Shown here: piece after piece, positions 8,553 through 17,795 of the stretch
How positions within the stretch are numbered: position 1 is the stretch's first letter
Layout of the letters: each line of letters opens with the position of its first letter
Virus genome (UHGV): UHGV-0194501
DNA: 29,355 nt
Reading direction: 5' to 3' (one strand)
From: a virus
Position numbers and translations under genes: made by a program
Notes under the pieces: model-generated
Database searches by the model: none
What the model saw: only the letters and a program-made list of their open reading frames with translations
What the model was told of the DNA's origin: nothing

Positions 8553-8636
8553 ACGCCCCCCCGGTCATCGGGACGTCCCTCCCCGGGGCTTCTACTGGTG
8601 GGGTATAACTTTTTCTAACCGCGCGGAAAAATTTGA
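8553..8636. other. Probable cos/packaging region
   Basis: GC-rich non-coding stretch (CCCCCCGG...CCCCGGGG) between HNH and terS; inferred from position only. Confidence 0.4.
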
Positions 8637-8652
8637 TAGGAGGGGAACCGCC

Positions 8653-9036
8653 GTGACGGAAAATGAGCGCGAAAAGCGTGTAAAAAAATGGAAAAGCACG
8701 ATAAAAAAACACTGCACGATCGTGGGGACATACAAAAGCACTTTTGACCCGGTCATCGCCACACTGGCGGAAGTCCTCACCCAGCGCGACGCGACGTACG
8801 ACGAATTTCTGGCGACCGGCGCGCAGCCGGTCTTGGAGTACACCAACAAAGCGGGCGCGACAAATCTTACCAAAAATCCCCTGCTGGTGCTTTGGGACGA
8901 GCTGAACAAATCCGCGCTATCTTTTTGGCGTGATCTAGGGCTGACCCCGGCCGGACTGCGAAAGATCGACGAGACGGCGATGAAGCAGCAAAAGCGGAAT
9001 GTGCTGGCGGAGGTGCTGAGCAGCCTTGACCCGTAA
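8653..9036 (+). CDS. terS: Terminase small subunit (P27 family)
   Basis: NKAGATNLTKNP...DLGLTPAGLRKI. Confidence 0.88.
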   Translation: MTENEREKRVKKWKSTIKKHCTIVGTYKSTFDPVIATLAEVLTQRDATYDEFLATGAQPVLEYTNKAGATNLTKNPLLVLWDELNKSALSFWRDLGLTPAGLRKIDETAMKQQKRNVLAEVLSSLDP

Positions 9037-10765
9037 AAGCTACAAAGCCGTCGCCCTAGCCTATGCGCGCGCCGTGACGTCCGGCGAGAAAATCGCCGGA
9101 AAAGAGATCGTGCAGTCGTGCGCGCGCTTTCTGAAAGATATCGAGCGCGACGACATGGAACTGCGCAGCCGGGAACCCGATCTGGTGATCTCCATCATCG
9201 AAAAGACGATGGTGCACAAGCAGGGCGAAACGCTGACCGGTGAATCGCTTCTTGGCAAGCCGCTGCGGCTTGAACCGTGGCAAATCTTCCTTGTGTATAA
9301 CCTGCTGGGCTTCTACTACAAAGGCACCGACGAACGGAGATACAAGGAAGCCTTTATCATGGTGCCGCGGAAAAACGGAAAAACAACCTTTATCGCTGCG
9401 CTGGCGTGGGGCGTCGCGCTGCTGGAACGGAAATCAGGCGCGACCATCTACATCGTGGCGGGAAGCCAAAAGCAGGCGTGCCAGAGCTTTGACTTTATCC
9501 TGCACAGCCTGCGCGCGTCGCATATGATCGAAGATTTCCGCGTGCTGAACAATAATGCCGAACATAGCATATCTTACCAATTCAAAGACGATGCGGGACA
9601 GCCGGTCGGCAGCGTCCGGATCGAAGCCTTGGCGGCCAACCCGGATGCGCAGGACAGCTTCAACTGCAACATTGCGATTGCGGACGAAATCCACAGTTTC
9701 AAGAAAGCAAGCCAATACAACCGCTTTAAGGAAGCTATGAAAGCATATACCAACAAACTCATGATCGGGATCACGACAGCCGGAGATAATCAAAACTCAT
9801 TTTGCTATCGCCGCTTGGAGTACGCGCTGAAAGTCCTCGACGGGACGGTGAAAGACGATACGCTATTTGCGTACATCGGGCGCGCGGACAAAGACGACGC
9901 CGGAAATGTGGACTACACATCGCCCATCCAGCACGAAAAAGCCAACCCGAACTATGGGGTCACGATCCGACCGGAGGATATCTTGGCGGAAGCGATGCAG
10001 GCGCAAAACGATCCCCAGCAACGGAAAGACTTTCTTTCCCGTTCTTTGGATATATATACCAGCGCGATGAACGCGTACTTTAACATCGACGAAATCCGCG
10101 CATCCGACGCGCAGTATAACTGGACGTTGGAAGAACTTTCCAAAATGAAAATCGATTGGTACGGTGGCGCAGACCTTTCAAAGCTGCACGATCTGACCGC
10201 TACTGCGCTATACGGGATGTATGGCGACGTCGGGATCATCATCCCGCACGCTTTTTTCCCAGTAGTCGCAGCGCATCAAAAAGCCGATGAAGACAACATC
10301 CCACTTTTTGGGTGGGAGGAAGATGGCTGGCTGACGATGTGCAACGCGCCGACAGTAAATCACGCAGATGTAATAAATTGGTTTTTAGATATGAAAAAGC
10401 GCGGCTTTCGGATCAGGCAAGTCGGGCATGACCGGAAATTTTGCCGCGAGTACTTTGTCGGCATGAAAGATGCCGGGTTTGCCATCTTTGACCAACCACA
10501 GTACTACTTCAAAAAATCTGAAGGGTTCCGGTACTTGGAAAAGATGGCAAAAAACAAAAAGCTTTACTATCTGCACAGTGACGCTTTCGAGTACTGCATC
10601 CAAAACGTGCGCGCCGTGGAAAAAACGGACGATATGGTTCAATTCGACAAAATCCGGCCGACGCAGCGAATCGACGTCTTTGACGCTTCTGTCTTTGCAG
10701 CGATCCGATACCTCGAAAGCATGGAGAGCACGCAGAAAGCAAAATCTTGGTGGGGTGGAAAATAA
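9026..10765 (+). CDS. terL: Terminase large subunit
   Basis: Walker A VPRKNGKT, Walker B IAIADEIH, ITTAG, nuclease motif GADLS..DLTA. Confidence 0.95.
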   Translation: MTRKSYKAVALAYARAVTSGEKIAGKEIVQSCARFLKDIERDDMELRSREPDLVISIIEKTMVHKQGETLTGESLLGKPLRLEPWQIFLVYNLLGFYYKGTDERRYKEAFIMVPRKNGKTTFIAALAWGVALLERKSGATIYIVAGSQKQACQSFDFILHSLRASHMIEDFRVLNNNAEHSISYQFKDDAGQPVGSVRIEALAANPDAQDSFNCNIAIADEIHSFKKASQYNRFKEAMKAYTNKLMIGITTAGDNQNSFCYRRLEYALKVLDGTVKDDTLFAYIGRADKDDAGNVDYTSPIQHEKANPNYGVTIRPEDILAEAMQAQNDPQQRKDFLSRSLDIYTSAMNAYFNIDEIRASDAQYNWTLEELSKMKIDWYGGADLSKLHDLTATALYGMYGDVGIIIPHAFFPVVAAHQKADEDNIPLFGWEEDGWLTMCNAPTVNHADVINWFLDMKKRGFRIRQVGHDRKFCREYFVGMKDAGFAIFDQPQYYFKKSEGFRYLEKMAKNKKLYYLHSDAFEYCIQNVRAVEKTDDMVQFDKIRPTQRIDVFDASVFAAIRYLESMESTQKAKSWWGGK

Positions 10766-11587
10766 ATGGTAAATGATGAGAAAATAGAACTCGTTGAAAC
10801 GGAAGAGTATAAGGAATTTGTTGACAAATTCAAAATCAAGCTGACGACGGATGACTGCTACACCCCTGATGGAGTGTATAAAGTAGTGCGGGATTTCGCT
10901 ATGGCACAGTACGGCTTTGATGAAGGAAAAATTATCCGTCCCTTTTGGCCGGGCGCGGATTATGAAAGCCTTTACTACCCGGAGGGATGCGTGGTACTAG
11001 ATAACCCACCTTTTTCCATCCTTGCAAGAATCGTGAGATTCTATCTTGATATGGATGTAAAATTCTTTCTCTTTGCCCCCGGAATGACAAGCTTAAAGAC
11101 TGGCTCCGATCGCTGGCGCAGTGTGTGCAAGATATATGCGGACGCGAGAATAACATATGAGAATGGAGCAGTAGTTCCAACGTCATTTGTTACCAACATG
11201 GACAAAACGAGGGTTGTATATACAGCCCCAGATCTCCATATGGCAATAGAAAAAGAGGACAAGGAAAGAAGAAAAGAAAAAAAGAAACAAATTGGGAAAT
11301 ATGAGTATCCAAGAGCTGTACTGACAGCCGCACAGCTAAATGGGTATGCGAAGCGAGGTGTGCGATACGAAGTGATGCGCGACAGGTGCGAGATCATTTC
11401 ATCGCTGGATTCACAACGTCCAAAGAAGAAAGCCATATATGGCGGGGCGCTGCTTTTATCCGACCGGGAAAAAGCCGACCGGGAAAAAGCCGACCGGGAA
11501 AGAGCCGACCGGGAAAGAGCCGAAGTGTGGGAATTAAGTGACCGAGAAAAGGAAATTATATCCAATTTATCGGAGGACAGGACATGA
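10766..11587 (+). CDS. Putative DNA N6-adenine (amino) methyltransferase inserted between terL and portal
   Basis: TTDDCYTP and VLDNPPFS motifs; visibly AT-richer than its flanks. Confidence 0.65.
   Translation: MVNDEKIELVETEEYKEFVDKFKIKLTTDDCYTPDGVYKVVRDFAMAQYGFDEGKIIRPFWPGADYESLYYPEGCVVLDNPPFSILARIVRFYLDMDVKFFLFAPGMTSLKTGSDRWRSVCKIYADARITYENGAVVPTSFVTNMDKTRVVYTAPDLHMAIEKEDKERRKEKKKQIGKYEYPRAVLTAAQLNGYAKRGVRYEVMRDRCEIISSLDSQRPKKKAIYGGALLLSDREKADREKADRERADRERAEVWELSDREKEIISNLSEDRT
11460..11519 (+). repeat. 15-bp tandem repeat x4 (CCGACCGGGAAA[A/G]AG) encoding DRE(K/R)A
   Basis: Directly visible in the sequence. Confidence 0.9.
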
Positions 11588-12780
11588 GCAAAAAACGCAG
11601 AGCCAAACCGACCGCGCGGGATGAACCCGCACAGAAGCGCAGCCTGGTATGGGTGGCAGATCAAAACAGCTGGAAGAATCTGGAATGCAAGGGGTATGTT
11701 CCGCTGTCTCAAAATCCGGAGGTATGCACGGCCGTGGACACCATCGCGCGACTGATCGGCAGCATGACGATCCACCTCATGCGCAACACCACGGCCGGGG
11801 ATGTGCGCGTGATTGACGAGCTGGCGAAGAAAGTGGATATCAATCCCAACCAAAATCTGACGCGCAGCGAGTTCGTCCGGTGGATCGTCCGCACTATGAT
11901 GCTGGATGGTGATGGGAACGCAGTCGTCTATCCAAAGACGCGCGCCGGGTATCTGAAAGACCTGATTCCCATCCCGGCAGCCTACACGGCTTTTGTGCCG
12001 GATGGCGAGTACGGATATAAAATCATGATCTCCGGGCAGGAGTACAAGCCGGATCGGCTGCTGCACTTCCGATGCAATCCCGGCCGCTTTTATCCGTGGC
12101 TGGGCGAGGGATACCGGCTGACGCTGGCAGACGTGGCGCAAAATCTTCGGCAGGCCGCCGCGACGGAAAAGGGCTTTATGTCCAGCGAGTACAAGCCGTC
12201 GCTTATAATCAAAGTAGACGCGCTCGTGGATGAATTTTCCAGCCCGGAGGGACGCGACAAGCTGCTGGAAAGCTACTGCCGCGCCGGGCAAGCTGGCGAG
12301 CCGTGGCTGATCCCAGCGCAGCAGTTCGACGTCCAGCAGGTAAAGCCGCTGACCCTGTCCGATCTTGCGCTGGCGGATTTTGTAAAACTGGACAAGCAGA
12401 CCGTCGCATCGATCCTCGGCATCCCATCTTTTGTGCTGGGTGTCGGAGACTTTTCACGGGATGCATGGAACAGTTTTGTAAATACGACAATTATGCCCAT
12501 GGCGCAAAACATCCAGCAAGAGCTGACGCAGAAGCTGCTCATAAGTCCTGATCTGTATTTTCGGTTTAATTCATGGAGCCTATATAGCTATTCTATCACT
12601 GAAATGGTAGAAGCTGGTGGGCAGATGGTAGACCGCATGGCACTACGCAGAAATGAATGGAGAAACTGGCTCGGGCTTCCGCCCGATCCGGACATGGACG
12701 ATCTTCTGGCGCTCGAAAACTATGTCCCAGCCGACCGGCTGGGCGATCAAGCAAAGCTGAATGGTGGTGATGGAAAATGA
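11584..12780 (+). CDS. Portal protein, HK97 family
   Basis: INPN..LTRSEF...MLDGDGNA, ILGIPSFVLG, NEWRNWLGLPP. Confidence 0.93.
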   Translation: MSKKRRAKPTARDEPAQKRSLVWVADQNSWKNLECKGYVPLSQNPEVCTAVDTIARLIGSMTIHLMRNTTAGDVRVIDELAKKVDINPNQNLTRSEFVRWIVRTMMLDGDGNAVVYPKTRAGYLKDLIPIPAAYTAFVPDGEYGYKIMISGQEYKPDRLLHFRCNPGRFYPWLGEGYRLTLADVAQNLRQAAATEKGFMSSEYKPSLIIKVDALVDEFSSPEGRDKLLESYCRAGQAGEPWLIPAQQFDVQQVKPLTLSDLALADFVKLDKQTVASILGIPSFVLGVGDFSRDAWNSFVNTTIMPMAQNIQQELTQKLLISPDLYFRFNSWSLYSYSITEMVEAGGQMVDRMALRRNEWRNWLGLPPDPDMDDLLALENYVPADRLGDQAKLNGGDGK

Positions 12781-13343
12781 TGAAAAGAACCTTATTCCAT
12801 GATGGCGTCGGCTTTAAGACGCGCGAAGAGAACGGCGAAAAGCATATCGAGGGATATTTTGCCGTTTTTGCTGGCAAGTACTGGCTGTGGGATGATGCAT
12901 ATGAGACGGTGGACGTCGGGGCTTTTGACCTCGCCAGAGACAAAGACGTGCGCGCCCTGTGCAATCACGATACAACGCTGGTTCTCGGACGCACGACGGC
13001 CGGGACGCTGGTACTGGAAGTGGACGATCACGGACTTTGGGGAGATGTAAAAATCAACCCGAATGACCAAGATGCGGTAAATCTTTACGAGCGTGTCAAG
13101 CGCGGCGACGTCACGCAGTGCTCTTTCGGCTTTGACATCCTAGACGAGCTGATGGAGCAGGAAAAAGGACAGCCGACCGTGTGGCACATCCGAAAGGTCA
13201 AGCTGTACGAGGTATCGGTGGTCACTTTTCCCGCGTATGAGGAAACCGGCGTAAAAGCCCGGAAAAAGGAAATCGACACCATTAAAGAGCGGAAGCTCGA
13301 AGAGTGGAAAAAATCGCAGGCGAACCGCCTGAAAGGAGTATGA
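12777..13343 (+). CDS. Prohead protease, HK97 family
   Basis: NHD..LVLGRT, CSFGF, LYEVSVVTFPAY. Confidence 0.93.
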   Translation: MMKRTLFHDGVGFKTREENGEKHIEGYFAVFAGKYWLWDDAYETVDVGAFDLARDKDVRALCNHDTTLVLGRTTAGTLVLEVDDHGLWGDVKINPNDQDAVNLYERVKRGDVTQCSFGFDILDELMEQEKGQPTVWHIRKVKLYEVSVVTFPAYEETGVKARKKEIDTIKERKLEEWKKSQANRLKGV

Positions 13344-13346
13344 AGC

Positions 13347-15020
13347 ATGGCACTGAAAGCGCTGATGCTGCGGCGCAGCATCGAAAACAAAAAGGCAGAG
13401 CTTGCCAAACTCACCGCGAAAGATGCAGAGATGCAGACGCGCGAGGCTGAGCTGGAAAAAAGCGTCGCCGAAGTCGAAACCGAGGAACAGCAAAATGCAG
13501 TCTCTGCTGAGATCGACCAGTTTGAAGCTGATCGGGCGGCACACGAGAAAAGCAAAGCTGACATTTTGGAAAGCATTTCCGCGCTTGAAAAAGAGCTGGA
13601 AGAGCTGGAAAGATCTGATCCGGCTTTGCAGAAAAAAGAAGAACCGAAATCCGAAAGGGGTATGAGTATGGCAAATTTTGACGTGCGGTCGCTGCCGATT
13701 GGCAAAGCGGTCGTGGATGCGCTGCCGACTGAGCAGCGGGAAAGCATGATGCAGCGTGAGGATGTGAAAAAATTCCTTTCCGAGCTGCGGGCGTACAAGG
13801 GCCAGACGCGCGCGATCACGGGCGGCAGCCTGACAATCCCGACCGTGCTGCTCGATCTGGTGGCAGAAAATATGTACCGGTACAGCAAGCTGATCAACCG
13901 CGTGCGCGTGCGCAACGTCGCGGGCGTCGCCCGTCAGGTCGTGGCGGGTGTCATCCCGGAAGCGGTGTGGACGGAGATGTGCGGAGCAATCAACGAGCTT
14001 TCGCTGGAATTTAATTCCTATTCGCTTGACGGGTACAAAGTCGCTGGATACGTCCCGGTGTGCAACGCACTGCTGGAAGATAATGACATCGCGCTGGCGT
14101 CGTACATCGTCGAAGCCCTCGCGCAGGCGATCGGTCTGGCGCTGGACAAAGCGATCCTGTACGGCAAAGGCTCCGGAAGCAAGATGCCGATGGGTATCGT
14201 CACCCGGCTGGCGCAGCAGACGAAGCCGTCCGACTATCCGTCCGACGCTCCGGCCTGGACTGATCTGCACACCACCAACATCCAGAGCATCGACGCGTCC
14301 AAGACCGGCGCGGACTTTTGGTCGGCGCTGGCGCTAGCAGCCGGGAACACCTACACCAAGTATTCCCGCGGCATCCAGTTCTGGGCAATGAACTCCAAGA
14401 CCTACGCGAAGCTGAAATCCAAGACGATCACTTTCACGGCACAAGGTGACATTGTTTCCAATGTTTTCGGCGTCCTGCCGATCGTGAACGGCGATATCGA
14501 CATTTTGGAATTTATGCCAGATGGTGACATCGTCGGCGGCTATGGCGATCTGTATCTGCTGGCCCAGCGCGCGGGCATGGAGATCGAAAGCGATAGATCG
14601 GTGCAGTTTATCCAGGACAACACGGTTTTCCGCGGCAAGCAGCGCGCGGACGGCGTGCCGATCGTCCCGGGCGCTTTCGTGGCCATCAACATCGACGGCT
14701 CGACGGTCACGACCGCGATGGATTTTGCGGGAGATACTGCCAACGATGCGACCTTGTCCAGCCTGACGGTGGGTACCGAGACGCTGGCGCCGACCTTTGC
14801 GGCCGGTACGACGTCGTACGCGATCACCGCGTCCGGCACTTCGGCCGCCGTGACGGCTACCCCGGCGCAGGCCGATGCAGTGGTAGCGATTGCCTATAAT
14901 GGCAAAAACGTCTCCAACGGCGCGTCTGTCACCTGGACGTCCGGCGCGCACCCGCTGACGATCACCGTCAAGCGCGGAAACGCCACCCGCGTCTACACGG
15001 TCACGGTCACGAAGTCTTGA
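13347..15020 (+). CDS. Major capsid protein (HK97 fold, N-terminal delta domain) with C-terminal cadherin/Ig-like domain
   Basis: Coiled-coil N-terminus, LDKAILYGKG...PMGI, and C-terminal NDATLSSLTV...TRVYTVTVT. Confidence 0.92.
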   Translation: MALKALMLRRSIENKKAELAKLTAKDAEMQTREAELEKSVAEVETEEQQNAVSAEIDQFEADRAAHEKSKADILESISALEKELEELERSDPALQKKEEPKSERGMSMANFDVRSLPIGKAVVDALPTEQRESMMQREDVKKFLSELRAYKGQTRAITGGSLTIPTVLLDLVAENMYRYSKLINRVRVRNVAGVARQVVAGVIPEAVWTEMCGAINELSLEFNSYSLDGYKVAGYVPVCNALLEDNDIALASYIVEALAQAIGLALDKAILYGKGSGSKMPMGIVTRLAQQTKPSDYPSDAPAWTDLHTTNIQSIDASKTGADFWSALALAAGNTYTKYSRGIQFWAMNSKTYAKLKSKTITFTAQGDIVSNVFGVLPIVNGDIDILEFMPDGDIVGGYGDLYLLAQRAGMEIESDRSVQFIQDNTVFRGKQRADGVPIVPGAFVAINIDGSTVTTAMDFAGDTANDATLSSLTVGTETLAPTFAAGTTSYAITASGTSAAVTATPAQADAVVAIAYNGKNVSNGASVTWTSGAHPLTITVKRGNATRVYTVTVTKS

Positions 15021-15038
15021 TGAAAGAGGTGGGCGCAG

Positions 15039-15317
15039 ATGACCGAAGCGGAAATTTTGACCATGACAAAATCCAATCTGGCATTACTTACCAGCGCGCA
15101 CGATGCATACCTCGCCCACCTCATCACTGCTGCGTCCAGCATGATCGCCCGTGAGGGGATCACGCTGGACACCGGCAAAATCGAGGACTGCAATCTCATC
15201 GTCATGTACGCATCGTACCTTTTCCGGAAAAGAGCGGAAGATAACGCCCCCATGCCGCGGATGCTGCGGTACGCGCTCAACAATCGGCTTTTCAGTGAAA
15301 AGGTGGGAAGCGTATGA
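15039..15317 (+). CDS. Head-tail connector (gp6-like adaptor)
   Basis: Small helical protein after the capsid gene; YASYLFRKR...MPRMLR. Confidence 0.75.
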   Translation: MTEAEILTMTKSNLALLTSAHDAYLAHLITAASSMIAREGITLDTGKIEDCNLIVMYASYLFRKRAEDNAPMPRMLRYALNNRLFSEKVGSV

Positions 15318-15703
15318 CATACGACGATGGTGTGGTGCTGATCTGCGATTTGAAAAATGTCGCCATACCTCCGGCCATGCCGGTGCAGCGGCTCGCTGCG
15401 AAATCGCAGCACTTCTACGCAGAACGAACCGTTGGATATAATCGCCAATATGCGGCAATGGGTGTAAATGAGTACGTCGATATGCTGATCCGCGTGTGGA
15501 TGGATCGATCAATCCACGTCGGCCAGTATGCCGTGCTCGAAGATGGCAGCCAGTACAGGATTGCCAATATCGCCCAGATCGTGGACGAGGATGAACTGCG
15601 CGCGACCGAAATCACCTTGCGGAGGATGGACAATCTTTATGATGTGGAAAATGCAAACCAGTTTGGAAGCATTTGGGAGAATGCTTGCGGAAATCACCGG
15701 TAG
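15314..15703 (+). CDS. Head closure / stopper protein
   Basis: Position, size and beta-rich composition. Confidence 0.65.
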   Translation: MTYDDGVVLICDLKNVAIPPAMPVQRLAAKSQHFYAERTVGYNRQYAAMGVNEYVDMLIRVWMDRSIHVGQYAVLEDGSQYRIANIAQIVDEDELRATEITLRRMDNLYDVENANQFGSIWENACGNHR

Positions 15704-15992
15704 CGTATATCACTACTGGCGCCCGAAGATGCAGCCGCCTTTTATCTGCTGGGCAGAGACTGGCGAAAATGACAGCTCATGGGCGGACAATCGCAAGCAG
15801 GAGATGCAGATCGATATCACCGTGGACTACTACACGGCGACGGAGTACGATCCGACCATCGATAAAATCCAAAATGCGCTAAATCTTGCATATGGCAGCT
15901 GGACACTGGAAAATGTTTCGTACGAGGATGAAACCGCGCTGATCCATTACCAGTGGCAAGGCACCATTAGCGTGGCAAAATCGGACGAATAA
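15651..15992 (+). CDS. Tail terminator-like protein
   Basis: PPFICW.E...VDYYT...YEDETALIHYQW pattern; start may be 15639-15651. Confidence 0.65.
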   Translation: MQTSLEAFGRMLAEITGSVYHYWRPKMQPPFICWAETGENDSSWADNRKQEMQIDITVDYYTATEYDPTIDKIQNALNLAYGSWTLENVSYEDETALIHYQWQGTISVAKSDE

Positions 15993-16108
15993 TCCCAATT
16001 TACAGCAAAAACGTCCGATTTACAGCCCACAGTGTGTGGAAAAACGACCTACGGTACGGAATCGCACACGGTGATTTTGGGTGGATTGTAAAAAGTAGGT
16101 GATTTTGG

Positions 16109-16618
16109 ATGGCAAAGAATGCCCCGTTTACCTTTAAGGGACTGGAAGAATATGAACTCTTTCTGTCAAAGCTGGGAGAAGCCGCAAAGCCCATGATTGG
16201 TGCTGCACTATATCGCGGTGGTGAGATCATGGCGGACGCGCTCAAAAAAAGCGTGCGCGCCCTGCCGACCATATCCCCGAAGCTGCACGGCAGCCCGGAG
16301 AAGAAAATCGACGGGCTTACGACTGAGCAGAAAAAGGGACTGATCGACGGCTTCGGCATTTCCAAAATGCGGAAAGATAACGGCGTTTACAACATCAAAC
16401 TGGGATTTGATGGGTACAATGGCGTAAAAACAAAAAAATATCCAAAAGGGCAGCCAAACGCGCTGATCGCGCGGTCGGTGGAAAGTGGAACTTCTTTCCG
16501 AAAGCCCCATCCTTTTGTACAGCCGGTCGTGCGGCAGGTGCGGCAGGCGTGCGAGGATGGCATGGCCGAAGTGCTTCTCGAGGAAATCAAAAAATTTGTA
16601 AAAAAGCAGGAGGACTGA
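16109..16618 (+). CDS. HK97 gp10-like tail completion protein
   Basis: FKGLEE...ARSVESGTS...HPFVQP. Confidence 0.75.
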   Translation: MAKNAPFTFKGLEEYELFLSKLGEAAKPMIGAALYRGGEIMADALKKSVRALPTISPKLHGSPEKKIDGLTTEQKKGLIDGFGISKMRKDNGVYNIKLGFDGYNGVKTKKYPKGQPNALIARSVESGTSFRKPHPFVQPVVRQVRQACEDGMAEVLLEEIKKFVKKQED

Positions 16619-16624
16619 TTCAAA

Positions 16625-17236
16625 ATGGCAAATGGTAGAATTTGCACCGGGTACAGCAAGCCCTATGTGGCGAAATACAGCGCGTCGGGCAGTACGGTGA
16701 CGTACACCGAGCCGACCGTGCTGGCGCGCGGCGTCAGCGTGTCGATTTCGCCGGAAACTTCTGACAATAATGTCTTTTATGCTGACAACGTCGCGGCCGA
16801 GACGGAAGCGGGTACCTTTACGGGCGGATCGGCGACGATCACGGTGGACGGACTGAAAGACGACGCGGCCGAGCTTGTGCACGGCCTGCCGGAGCCGTCC
16901 ACGATTACGGTAGGTGCTTCCAATACTGTCAATATCACGGAATACGGCGACAATGCAAATCCCCCGTATCTGGGATTCGGCTGCCTGGTGCGGTACATGG
17001 AGGACGGCGTGGCGTCGTGGGTGCCGGTCGTGCTGACAAAGGTGCGCTTTGACACATCTGCGCTGGATGCGGCAACTCAAGAGGAAAATATTGACTGGCA
17101 GACGCAGGAACTCACTGCACAAATTTTCCGTGATGATAGCACGAACCATAACTGGAAGAAAATCGCAGCTGCGCAGACTTCCGAAGCGGCAGCAGAGACG
17201 GTGCTGAAAGTCATGCTTGGAGGGACTGCGTCGTGA
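16625..17236 (+). CDS. Major tail (tube) protein, phi13-like
   Basis: FYADN..AE, PPYLGFG, TQEENIDWQTQEL. Confidence 0.85.
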   Translation: MANGRICTGYSKPYVAKYSASGSTVTYTEPTVLARGVSVSISPETSDNNVFYADNVAAETEAGTFTGGSATITVDGLKDDAAELVHGLPEPSTITVGASNTVNITEYGDNANPPYLGFGCLVRYMEDGVASWVPVVLTKVRFDTSALDAATQEENIDWQTQELTAQIFRDDSTNHNWKKIAAAQTSEAAAETVLKVMLGGTAS

Positions 17237-17607
17237 AAAAATACCATCTTTTCGGGCGCGACATCGAGCTGGAAATGACCGTGGCGGCTTTTGCGGAAAT
17301 TTCTGACCTTTGCCCAGATGGTGACATTTCCAGCATCGACAAGATGCTGGGCGCGCCGTCCGGGCAGCGGGCGCGGTTCACTGCGCGGTGTATCGCTGCG
17401 CTGAGCCGCGGCGCAGAGGGTCAAAAGGCATATGACGATCCGGCCTACAAGCCGCGCCCGATCACCGAAAGCGAGATCATGCAAAGACCGATCCGGGAAT
17501 TTAAGGGAGCAGATGAGCAGATGATGCGCATCTTGCTGGACACCATCGGCACGCCGGACGTCGAGACCGAAGACGCAAAAAAAAACGCGGAAGCGGAGCA
17601 GGCATAA
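17233..17607 (+). CDS. Tail assembly chaperone (gpG-like)
   Basis: Between tail tube and tape measure genes; A9 slippery run near its 3' end. Confidence 0.8.
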   Translation: MKKYHLFGRDIELEMTVAAFAEISDLCPDGDISSIDKMLGAPSGQRARFTARCIAALSRGAEGQKAYDDPAYKPRPITESEIMQRPIREFKGADEQMMRILLDTIGTPDVETEDAKKNAEAEQA

Positions 17608-17789
17608 AAATCAACAAAACCTGGCTGCTTTTTTATGGGAGACGGCTGGGGATGGGAAAGCGGGAGATTATGGTAACATCGTACAGGGAAATGATGGACA
17701 TGATCTTCTGCTTTGCCATCGCAAACGGCGCAAAACCAAAAAACAAACGGAAAAAATTTACACTTGACGAAGCGCTGCATTTGAGGTGA
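17577..17789 (+). CDS. -1 frameshift extension of the tail chaperone (gpGT-like)
   Basis: The -1 frame from the A9 run is open to TGA 17787-17789 (…INKTWLLFYGRRLGM…DEALHLR), ending 6 bp before the tape measure start. Confidence 0.78.
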   Translation, partial: KKKRGSGAGIKINKTWLLFYGRRLGMGKREIMVTSYREMMDMIFCFAIANGAKPKNKRKKFTLDEALHLR

Positions 17790-17795
17790 TGTGAC

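Noticed and set aside
12541..12670. AT-rich patch inside the portal gene as an intron or insertion
   Set aside because: The frame and portal motifs continue uninterrupted; at most a recombination patch.
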